A stretch of DNA of 64,000 nt, taken from positions 1-64,000 of IMG/VR virus record IMGVR_UViG_3300017613_001142. One strand, written 5' to 3'. Under the pieces are notes generated by a model. That model saw only the letters and a program-made list of their open reading frames with translations. It had not been told where the DNA came from and searched no databases. The DNA comes from a virus. The position numbers were made by a program, and so were the translations under genes. Every line of letters begins with the position of its first letter. Within the stretch, counting starts at the first letter, position 1. Shown piece after piece: positions 17,024 through 24,674 of the stretch.

Positions 17024-18061
17024 CTATTTCCTGTTAATTAAAAAATCATAACTCTTAGTTAATTCAATAAACTCTTTTCCGTCGCCGCCAACTATATCAG
17101 GATGACACGTTAAAACTTTTTTTCGGTACGCTTTCTTGATATCTTTGATTGTCGCGACTTCCGATAATCCTAATATCTCTAAATGATAAGACTTTGGATG
17201 TTGAAATTTAAACTCCATAGCGCGCCATTTGTGCTTATTGGCGTTATACCATTCGGTGTATTTTTTCTTGCGGCCTGATTCGTTTAAAGTAGCCTTAGTA
17301 GCTCTGTTGATTAAATCTTCGGTAACTCCAAAAACTTGGAATATATTTTTATTCGAATGATTATAGAAATCAAATTTAATTTTCTCGCACAACTCATCAA
17401 CCGGAATATCCTTAAACTTAAAATGCGAATAAAACACTTGACTTGTGTCCGTCATCCACTCACGACAGCGAATTATCTTTTTAATATACCATCCTGTTAG
17501 TGAATCACGCAAGCTATAATATTCAGCAATTAACGGATCAATTTCTCTAACTAATTCATTTTCAATGATATCATCAAAATTGTCAGCCGTCACGCCATTG
17601 CGAATCACGCCCCGCCAATAACTTTCAGGATTAATATTTCTGTTATAATCATGATCGGGATAACTATCATATTGAATATCATCCAAGTCATTATGCACAA
17701 GATGATAGTCAAATAACCGTTTTATCGTTTTTTTAAGTTGAAATTTATCATGTTTAACGGCGGAATAATTAGGAAAAAATTGTTTAATACAATCCGCTAT
17801 ACCTCTGTAAATTTTAAGATATTCTTTTATGTATTCTGAATATTCAACTCGCACTTCATCTTGATTTTTACGGCGCGCTAATTCTTTTTCGTCCGTCCTT
17901 TTTTCTTGAGTATGTGAACTAAAAAAATATTCTTTCCCGAAAAGCCACAATTGAGTTTGATCTTGAATTTTGTTATATTGGCGACGTTTCCATGATCGCA
18001 TAGGCATTGATCCAAGTTGCTCGATGCGTAAAATTGAGTATAGGAGGACTTTATTTAGCAT
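17024..18061 (-). CDS. protein with C-terminal J domain (DnaJ-like co-chaperone domain)
   Basis: C-terminus ILGLSEVATIKDIKKAYRKKVLTCHPDIVGGDGKEFIELTKSYDFL contains the HPD tripeptide. The N-terminal 280 aa carry no recognised motif. Confidence 0.75.
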   Translation of the reverse strand: MLNKVLLYSILRIEQLGSMPMRSWKRRQYNKIQDQTQLWLFGKEYFFSSHTQEKRTDEKELARRKNQDEVRVEYSEYIKEYLKIYRGIADCIKQFFPNYSAVKHDKFQLKKTIKRLFDYHLVHNDLDDIQYDSYPDHDYNRNINPESYWRGVIRNGVTADNFDDIIENELVREIDPLIAEYYSLRDSLTGWYIKKIIRCREWMTDTSQVFYSHFKFKDIPVDELCEKIKFDFYNHSNKNIFQVFGVTEDLINRATKATLNESGRKKKYTEWYNANKHKWRAMEFKFQHPKSYHLEILGLSEVATIKDIKKAYRKKVLTCHPDIVGGDGKEFIELTKSYDFLINRK

Positions 18062-18063
18062 GA

Positions 18064-18477
18064 CTATTCCAAAATCAAATCATCCGCCGAAATATTCAAA
18101 ACATTGGCGATTTTATTAAGATTATCTTGTGATGGATAACACCTGTTTTTCATCCAATTAGCAATTGTGTTTTTCCCACATCCAACTTGTTTGGCTAGTT
18201 TTTCGAGACTCAATCCCCTTTTCTTAATAGCGTCTGATAATAATTCAGAATCAATAGTAGTTATCGATTTTGTATACTTAGTTTTTTGAACACATAAAGA
18301 ATGTCGTAAAACATCCTCGCCTTCGATCCTTAAACGGTGACTCCCTTCATAATCTGTGAATAGACCACAATAAATATGTTTGATTTCTTCGCCGTCACCG
18401 TTAAACATCGCCTTGCAAAAATCACCGCAATATTGACCACCGGCTGATATTTGTGTCCGTATTTCAAATTTTTTCAT
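18064..18477 (-). CDS. XRE-family HTH regulator with Cys-rich N-terminal domain
   Basis: C-terminal LSLEKLAKQVGCGKNTIANWMKNRCYPSQDNLNKIANVLNISADDL is an HTH_3 pattern. Divergent from a plus-strand gene. Confidence 0.8.
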   Translation of the reverse strand: MKKFEIRTQISAGGQYCGDFCKAMFNGDGEEIKHIYCGLFTDYEGSHRLRIEGEDVLRHSLCVQKTKYTKSITTIDSELLSDAIKKRGLSLEKLAKQVGCGKNTIANWMKNRCYPSQDNLNKIANVLNISADDLILE

Positions 18478-18505
18478 ATTTGTAAAAAATAATTTAATTT
18501 AGGGG

Positions 18506-18539
18506 TTGACATAATTATTTTAGATTGAGAGACTATATT
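18506..18539 (+). promoter_or_regulatory. plus-strand promoter-like motif TTGACA-N22-TATATT-TAACA, copy 2
   Basis: GGTTGACATAATTATTT is identical to copy 1. Lies in the divergent region between the XRE gene and 18581..18829. Confidence 0.45.
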
Positions 18540-18580
18540 TAACAACTCACGAAATTAAAACAAACTTTAGGAGTTAAAAA

Positions 18581-18829
18581 ATGACCTTCAAAATAAACAA
18601 ACAAAGAGCTAACCGCGCCGCTGAAATCGCCCGTGGCGTATTAAACAGAACTTACGGCGGACAAATGCCTGAAAAAGATATGGTTTGTATAGTTACCGCC
18701 ACACAAAATAACGCTCCAAAACCAATTGTCAATTATAATTTTAAGTTCACAAAAAACAAGCCTTATGTCGGACAAGTGTTTTTTAACGAAGATATGAGCA
18801 TGACGAAAATTATAGACATTATCTTATAA
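18581..18829 (+). CDS. hypothetical protein (82 aa), plus-strand island
   Basis: ORF track. AGGAGTTAAAAA precedes the ATG. Confidence 0.7.
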   Translation: MTFKINKQRANRAAEIARGVLNRTYGGQMPEKDMVCIVTATQNNAPKPIVNYNFKFTKNKPYVGQVFFNEDMSMTKIIDIIL

Positions 18830-18883
18830 CCGGATTCTCAAAAAAACAACCCCACTTGCGACGCCATTCAGTGGCGAAAATGG

Positions 18884-19066
18884 TTAAAACTGCACGATCA
18901 TTTCATCGTCCGCCAGTTTGTCAAAACAGGAATCGCAAAGCGGCCCAATCTCATCGCCTCGCGGGCGGCCTAAATGATCAACCATCAGGAGTCCGTATAT
19001 TGACCCGTCCCCCTTTCCTGCGTTTCCTGTCGGCTCATCACAAATAATGCAAAATTCTTTTTCCAC
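18884..19066 (-). CDS. hypothetical zinc-ribbon-like protein (60 aa), GTG start
   Basis: CIICDE...CDSCFDKL. Lies in a G+C-richer island. Confidence 0.5.
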   Translation of the reverse strand: MEKEFCIICDEPTGNAGKGDGSIYGLLMVDHLGRPRGDEIGPLCDSCFDKLADDEMIVQF

Positions 19067-19122
19067 TTTCCATCCAATCCCTCGCGGGCGGTTAGACCAT
19101 TTTTCCCAGGCGGCGAAAATGG

Positions 19123-19147
19123 TTTTCAGTTAGTTCCAAAATGGAAC
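19123..19147 (-). promoter_or_regulatory. junction element with palindrome GTTCCAAAATGGAAC, copy B
   Basis: TTTTCAGTTAGTTCCAAAATGGAACA, read directly. Confidence 0.5.
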
Positions 19148-19150
19148 ACA

Positions 19151-19510
19151 CTAATCAAGCGGGAAAATCACTTTTCCGATGCGGGGATTTTGGTCTTTGA
19201 AAATTGATAATTTAACAAGCTCTTCGGCGGTCTCTTTTGACACATCGTCTAAAATAGTTTCGTGCGCGATGGTTCGCCCATCCCTGTCTGTGCAAAACAC
19301 ATAGCCGTCGGCGTCATCTATGGCCGTCAACATTTCCAAGTCCGCGGCTCCGCTGAAAGTTCCGTCGTCCCAGAGAACGGCGACGCAGGTTCTCTCAAAC
19401 AAAACGTGATCTTTCGTTTTTCTGATTTTTGCCCTAAAAACCTCGCTCACAATCACGCCGGTTTTGCCGGTTTTGTCTTTGATTCTCTGTCTATTCAACA
19501 TTTTTTTCAT
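19151..19510 (-). CDS. hypothetical protein (119 aa)
   Basis: Start moved to ATG 19510 (MKKMLNRQ), preceded by GAAAAGAGG. The track start at 19540 is a TTG inside the palindrome. Confidence 0.6.
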   Translation of the reverse strand: MKKMLNRQRIKDKTGKTGVIVSEVFRAKIRKTKDHVLFERTCVAVLWDDGTFSGAADLEMLTAIDDADGYVFCTDRDGRTIAHETILDDVSKETAEELVKLSIFKDQNPRIGKVIFPLD

Positions 19511-19514
19511 CCTC

Positions 19515-19538
19515 TTTTCAGTTAGTTCCAAATGGAAC
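19515..19538 (-). promoter_or_regulatory. junction element with palindrome GTTCCAAATGGAAC, copy A
   Basis: TTTTCAGTTAGTTCCAAATGGAACA, read directly. Confidence 0.5.
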
Positions 19539-19540
19539 AA

Positions 19541-19870
19541 TTAGTCAAAACTAATAACTCTTTCCTTAATTTCGATTCCTTCCTCGTTGAGTTTCTTGTC
19601 AATAGCCACTTTGTTTTCTTGCGAAAGTCGTCCTCCTCCATACAAAATATATAATCTTTGCGATTTTGTAATACCTAAAAACTCTTCGACTTGCTGCCAT
19701 ACATCCATGCACATCGACGCTTTAAACGCTCTCAATTTATCCCCGTCAACAGATTTAGCGATTCTGTTAAATCGATTCCTTTCTGTTCTCTCGCTTTGCT
19801 GAATTCTTTTATCAGTCGGGGCGTGATATTCGCATGTTTTATCTTTTTTCTTAGTCCATATTTTTTTCAT
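19541..19870 (-). CDS. hypothetical protein (109 aa)
   Basis: ORF track. Confidence 0.7.
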   Translation of the reverse strand: MKKIWTKKKDKTCEYHAPTDKRIQQSERTERNRFNRIAKSVDGDKLRAFKASMCMDVWQQVEEFLGITKSQRLYILYGGGRLSQENKVAIDKKLNEEGIEIKERVISFD

Positions 19871-20042
19871 TTTTTATTGTATTTACTTTAATGGATGTTG
19901 TTCTCAAAACATGATAATATTTACATCTTTCCATAATATTAGTTGGCGCGTTACACTCACTTTTAGAACAACAAGAATTATGTAAACAAGTAAGCCCCCA
20001 TGTCTTGTTATAATATATGCAAGCTAATTTATGTGTATTCAT
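19851..20042 (-). CDS. hypothetical Cys-rich protein (63 aa)
   Basis: ORF track. Confidence 0.5.
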   Translation of the reverse strand: MNTHKLACIYYNKTWGLTCLHNSCCSKSECNAPTNIMERCKYYHVLRTTSIKVNTIKNEKNMD

Positions 20043-20044
20043 TA

Positions 20045-20257
20045 TTACATACTCCTTTTAATTACGTCAATTATATCTTCTTCATAATGATATGGGATAA
20101 GTGTTTTTTGCAACTTTTCAACGTCTATAGTAATAGCGATTTTTTCTCTTACCTGATCGCCTTGTCCCTCTTCAATATCATCTATCAAGAAAAACTCATT
20201 TAGAAACCATGTTAGTATGGCGTGATAATCGTATTTTTTCATGTTTCCCAATAACAT
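20045..20257 (-). CDS. hypothetical acidic protein (70 aa)
   Basis: ORF track. Confidence 0.6.
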   Translation of the reverse strand: MLLGNMKKYDYHAILTWFLNEFFLIDDIEEGQGDQVREKIAITIDVEKLQKTLIPYHYEEDIIDVIKRSM

Positions 20258-20520
20258 TGATTTTGTTGTCGTCTATAGTGTTTTCCGTATTTTTTAGCAG
20301 TCTTCTTTTTATGGTTAGATTTTTTAACAATATCAGTTAGCAAATCTACGGTTTTTGCCGCCCTATCAAATGCGTTAATAACATCGTGAAACGCTTTTTC
20401 AACTTCATGAATTGGATCACTGAGCGGATGACTGAAAGGTAATAACTCCGCTCGTATTTTGTCTTCAATTAATTGATCTTTAGCTCTACCGCCTACTATA
20501 ATTATTTCGTTTTTTTTCAT
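20239..20520 (-). CDS. hypothetical protein (93 aa)
   Basis: ORF track. Confidence 0.65.
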   Translation of the reverse strand: MKKNEIIIVGGRAKDQLIEDKIRAELLPFSHPLSDPIHEVEKAFHDVINAFDRAAKTVDLLTDIVKKSNHKKKTAKKYGKHYRRQQNQCYWET

Positions 20521-20703
20521 ACTTTCCTCATATCCGCTAAAGCCCTGGTTAAATCTAAACTGGATCGACGCAACGCGCCGGATTCTTTGGGTATCATGTC
20601 ATATTCATAACTTTTTTCTTTTTCAGCTTTCAAATAAATTTCAGCCCGCTTCAAAAAAACGTTTAGCTTCCGATTGAGCTTCTTTAATTTTTTCTGGTTT
20701 CAT
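20517..20703 (-). CDS. small ORF (61 aa if read through) interrupted at a T7 run; needs a +1 frame change
   Basis: MKPEKIKEAQSEAKRFF|EAG-stop. The +1 frame continues LKRAEIYLKAEKEKSYEYDMIPKESGALRRSSLDLTRALADMRKV. ATGA overlaps with both neighbours. Length is 3n+1. Confidence 0.45.
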
Positions 20704-21776
20704 TTCAAATACTCTTTATCTAATTGATCCATAAACCAACGCTTAGCAATCTTTGCGACAACACCGCCAATATCTTTGCGATTTAACCCTTTTTCAATCA
20801 TAATATCAGACTCTTCTTTAAGAATATCTTGAAAGACATTTCTAAGAAAATCGCCGGTCGCTTTAATCGTCGGTTCAAGTTTTTCATTTTCAATGCCAAA
20901 TACCGAAGTCCAGCATTGTTCTAATCTTACCGCGCTACAAGCGTAATTAGCAAATTCAATCTTTGCTTTTTCATGGGATTCGTCAACTGCTTTAAGAGTC
21001 TTTACTTTTGTTTTAGAATGCTTGCTCCCCTTGATTTTCCAACGATACAAAACATTATTCCAAAATATAGTAAAAACAATACCTTCCCCAATATTCCCAT
21101 CTTTACCCATCGCGCGTCCAATAGGTGAATCCGGTTCAATCTCTTTTTCTACCATCTCAATCATTTTATTTTGAGATAATAATGGATGTTCAAAATCTAT
21201 CTCAATCTGATAAACAGGATATCGCATAACATTAAAAATATTCTTTTCAACATCGCATATCCATTGATCTTCTATTTTTGTCTCATACCATACAGATGGT
21301 TTTTTATCATCTTGAACTAATGGCGCAACTTTAAAATGTTGAAAAATCACAGCTCTTTTATTCAAACCGGAAACGGCGGAATTCTTTTGGATATTGCCAC
21401 CGCAAAATTCAAAAAAAACAGCGATAATATTTTTAGTTAAATCAATCTGATATTTATCCGCCAAATCATTGATTATTTTCATCCATACATCTTCTCGTTG
21501 CATTACAAAAACGGCGCATCCGGCGTTATCTTTTTCCAGTGTGATGATATTTTTCTTGCTTTGCGCCCATAATCCAAGTGATTCAGAATAACAAACCGCG
21601 CCTTGAGTCCCATGCAGTTTTTCACTTCCAATAGCTCGTAATTTAGGAAGCGGCGCGTTTTTATCATAAATCGGCTCGCCGTTGGCGTCTAATCCTGTGA
21701 ATTGCGCCGCGTGTTGAATATTACGAATCACTTGTCGAAATTGTAGAATAGCAGAAAATGAAATTAATCTTTTCAT
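20700..21776 (-). CDS. Rnl2-family ATP-dependent RNA ligase
   Basis: Motif I IGSEKLHGTQ, motif III VFFEFCGGNIQKN, motif IV GEGIVF, motif V WKIKGSKHS. The C-terminal domain resembles T4 Rnl2. Confidence 0.85.
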   Translation of the reverse strand: MKRLISFSAILQFRQVIRNIQHAAQFTGLDANGEPIYDKNAPLPKLRAIGSEKLHGTQGAVCYSESLGLWAQSKKNIITLEKDNAGCAVFVMQREDVWMKIINDLADKYQIDLTKNIIAVFFEFCGGNIQKNSAVSGLNKRAVIFQHFKVAPLVQDDKKPSVWYETKIEDQWICDVEKNIFNVMRYPVYQIEIDFEHPLLSQNKMIEMVEKEIEPDSPIGRAMGKDGNIGEGIVFTIFWNNVLYRWKIKGSKHSKTKVKTLKAVDESHEKAKIEFANYACSAVRLEQCWTSVFGIENEKLEPTIKATGDFLRNVFQDILKEESDIMIEKGLNRKDIGGVVAKIAKRWFMDQLDKEYLK

Positions 21777-21820
21777 TTTAAAATCCTTAAAAATCGTTTA
21801 ACGTGATAAAAATTTCATAA

Positions 21821-22531
21821 TTACATAGAACAAAACCTACATCTGCTTTTATCTGTGTCATTAAATTTACGCAATTTTCTGCCAGATAGAAATTCTCTTC
21901 TTAGGTTATCTAATGAACTTGGCCATGTATCTCTCGATGGTGATCTGAATGTATGATTAATTTTAGATTCCAATTGTACATATCTTTGATACCTTTTAGG
22001 ATATTTTTCAAATAAATCTTTCCACTCTGACAGCCGTTGATAAAAACAACACCCGCAATCAGTCCTTTTAGGAATTTGTATATTTTTATTATCAAGGTAG
22101 GTTAACACTTCATTAATTCCCCAACCCCACTCACGCAAAGGATATTTTACCAAAAATTTTTTATCTAATGAATCCATACCAAAACGTCCCGGTTCATCAA
22201 ATCTTAATCCTACATACATAATTGAATTTTCATCTAAATTGTCTAAAAAATCAATCATAGGATTAATTTTAAGTTCTACGGTACACCATCTAGCCCTAAA
22301 ATTAGGCAACATATTTTTTTCATCGATTAAATCAAATAAAGTTTTTCCTGGTAATTTTTTAATATTTGGAAAAAACTTAGAAAGTTTCAACCAATGCGAT
22401 TCCATTTCTGGCAATTCATCACCAGTTGGTGTAATCACACATTGAAAGTCGCGTGTTGGATACAGCTCACACAACCTTACTCCCATCGATACGCTGTCTT
22501 TGCCCCCAGATAATGCAATAATATGTTTCAT
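21821..22531 (-). CDS. PAPS-reductase-like PP-loop ATPase family protein
   Basis: N-terminal IIALSGGKDS PP-loop. C-terminal Cys cluster CGCCFYQ...CRFC. Confidence 0.7.
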   Translation of the reverse strand: MKHIIALSGGKDSVSMGVRLCELYPTRDFQCVITPTGDELPEMESHWLKLSKFFPNIKKLPGKTLFDLIDEKNMLPNFRARWCTVELKINPMIDFLDNLDENSIMYVGLRFDEPGRFGMDSLDKKFLVKYPLREWGWGINEVLTYLDNKNIQIPKRTDCGCCFYQRLSEWKDLFEKYPKRYQRYVQLESKINHTFRSPSRDTWPSSLDNLRREFLSGRKLRKFNDTDKSRCRFCSM

Positions 22532-22596
22532 ATTCTTCTTTTAAAAAATTGCTTAACGGCTCGAAAATTAAATTCTATATTCAAGCCTATAGTCAG

Positions 22597-22715
22597 GCAT
22601 ATCTTAAACTAAGTTTTTAAAACCTCGTGTCATTTTGACGGGTTAGAGCTACCAAGACAATGTTAAAATAACGCGAGGTTTTAGTTTTATCTCAAAACAT
22701 GTTCAGATATGCCTT
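22597..22715 (-). other. long imperfect hairpin in an unusually large (221 bp) intergenic gap
   Basis: Outer arms AGGCATATCT (22597-22606) and AGATATGCCT (22706-22715). Inner arms AAAACCTCGTG and CGCGAGGTTTT. Confidence 0.35.
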
Positions 22716-22752
22716 GATTTAAGTTTTTAATTTCTAGTCGCGATTTAACCGT

Positions 22753-23184
22753 TTAATCGTCCAACCACAACCAGTTTGTAATTACAATTTCGTTTTTCTT
22801 TAAACAAGACCCATGTTGAGCTTGTATCTTTTTTAATAATAACTCTCTGATATCTTCAACGGTTTTAGATGTGACTTTCTTTTTTCGCAAACCGATAACG
22901 TCATTAATCAACCAATTGCCCTTGCGTTCAGCGACAACAAAAAGTTTGTAAAATTTTGTTTTAAGTGGCTCGCCTTTGATTTCCCATCGGTCTGATTCCA
23001 TTTCTTCGACGGTCGGCCACCATGAATATCCATGATTATTTAAAAATCTAACTCCGATATTTCTGCTTGTAAATTCATTATCTCCGTCATTTACCACCAA
23101 ACTTGACCAGCAATCATCGCCTTCTAATTTAAATTCAAGATCAGGATTTTCAAATAATCGTTCTAATAATTCAAGAAATTTCAT
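22753..23184 (-). CDS. hypothetical protein (143 aa)
   Basis: ORF track. Confidence 0.7.
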   Translation of the reverse strand: MKFLELLERLFENPDLEFKLEGDDCWSSLVVNDGDNEFTSRNIGVRFLNNHGYSWWPTVEEMESDRWEIKGEPLKTKFYKLFVVAERKGNWLINDVIGLRKKKVTSKTVEDIRELLLKKIQAQHGSCLKKNEIVITNWLWLDD

Positions 23185-23594
23185 TTAGCATACTCCGTTT
23201 TTATGATTTCGTCCACAATTTTTTTAACTCTAGCAAGCGAATCTTTGCCTTTCCCGCTTTTTGAGTCATAGTTCAGGATTAAAACAATCACATCCCGGAT
23301 ATTATCTTTTCTTTTCAAACTGTTAACCGACAAAAACTCATAAATCGAAGTTTTCCACCGAGAATACATGTCTGATTCCACGCTAAAATCTTGAAATTCC
23401 AAGATTAAATCCAATTCATGCTTGATTTTCTCTAAATCCTGCAACCCTTTGCCAGTGGGTTGATTATATCTCAAAATCCGTTTGATTATGTCAGCCTTGT
23501 GGAATGGAATTTGATTTTTAACAAAGAATTCAAATGGTTGAATCTTATAGTTTTTGTAATGATCGCCGCCGATCTGTATTTTAGATGCTACCAT
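23181..23594 (-). CDS. DUF3310-like phage protein
   Basis: IGGDHYKNYKIQPFEFF...ADIIKRILRY...GLQDLEKIKHELDL matches my memory of the DUF3310 pattern. Confidence 0.6.
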   Translation of the reverse strand: MVASKIQIGGDHYKNYKIQPFEFFVKNQIPFHKADIIKRILRYNQPTGKGLQDLEKIKHELDLILEFQDFSVESDMYSRWKTSIYEFLSVNSLKRKDNIRDVIVLILNYDSKSGKGKDSLARVKKIVDEIIKTEYAK

Positions 23595-23983
23595 CTCTGA
23601 CTCCTAAAATCATAAGAATCGTTAAAATTTAAATCATGTCGATGCCTTGGCTCTTCTCTAAAGTTAAACTCAGATTGTAAAGCCCTTGATACTTCTTCAA
23701 GTATTTCTTTTTTCCAGTCTATTGAATCAGAAACGCGACGCATTCCAAACATGCTCTCGCAAAATTCAAGTCTTAAACTTAACCGATTACCCATCATCGC
23801 GCCGCGTCCATGTGCAATCTCAACGTGCATCCATTTTTCTTTCAATTTTCGCGCTTCCGCGAAAGTTTTCACCGCATTTTCTAATGTTTCACAAGCAGTT
23901 GCAAGTCGTCGTTCGGTTTCCCGTCGATGTTTGCGTAGTTTTAACGCTTGCCGTTCCTTCCATGTGTTGCGTTTAATTTTCAT
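23588..23983 (-). CDS. hypothetical basic protein (131 aa)
   Basis: ORF track. Confidence 0.65.
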   Translation of the reverse strand: MKIKRNTWKERQALKLRKHRRETERRLATACETLENAVKTFAEARKLKEKWMHVEIAHGRGAMMGNRLSLRLEFCESMFGMRRVSDSIDWKKEILEEVSRALQSEFNFREEPRHRHDLNFNDSYDFRSQRW

Positions 23984-24608
23984 ATTTCGTCCATCCTAAA
24001 GCTAATTTTACGTTTTCTTCTCCAATCTGTTCAAACGCTTGCCGCCAAATATCATCAGTTTTTCCTTGAAACCAATCCGGCAGAACTTGTCTCCCGGTTG
24101 ATACGACAATATCAAGGCACCTCTCCGGTTGCATTAGCGACGGCTCCCATTTTTCCTCTGATTCATCACTCCAATCCGGCAACCAACTATGGTTTAACTC
24201 TTTGATTTTATCGACTAATTCGATGTAAGCTTGTTTTTGTTTATGTACAAAAATCATTTCTTCAACACTTTTTGCGCAAACTCCATATGCTCTATCATAT
24301 TTAACTGCAATTCTCGTTCTATTGCGAAATTGCCGAGGATTAAAATCAATTAATTCATGATCTAAAGAAATATAAGTTTCATTTTCTTTCACTGGATACA
24401 TCCCCTGCCAATGGTGATCGTCTTTGATTTCTTCAAACCATTCGGGCATCGCTTTTAAAAGGGTAATCTCAATTACTAAAACACCGCCTTGATTTGCTTT
24501 TATAAGACAAGATTCATGGAGTCCATTGCTCCCTTTAATGACCACGTCTCCATTTTCAAAACCTCGTAAAGCGTTTGTTCTTAGTCTCCATTTTCTCATA
24601 TTTTTCAC
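23973..24608 (-). CDS. hypothetical protein (211 aa)
   Basis: ORF track. Confidence 0.7.
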   Translation of the reverse strand: MKNMRKWRLRTNALRGFENGDVVIKGSNGLHESCLIKANQGGVLVIEITLLKAMPEWFEEIKDDHHWQGMYPVKENETYISLDHELIDFNPRQFRNRTRIAVKYDRAYGVCAKSVEEMIFVHKQKQAYIELVDKIKELNHSWLPDWSDESEEKWEPSLMQPERCLDIVVSTGRQVLPDWFQGKTDDIWRQAFEQIGEENVKLALGWTKYEN

Positions 24609-24674
24609 CTTTTGTAATATCTGTTATAAAATCAATTAGTTAACATGTAAGTTACTAATATTAAGCGTCAAGAT

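Noticed and set aside
22597-22715. tRNA gene in the structured intergenic region (and elsewhere)
   Set aside because: I could not find a GTTCRANYC T-loop, a D-arm or a 7-bp acceptor pairing here or in any other gap. A tRNAscan run is still advisable.
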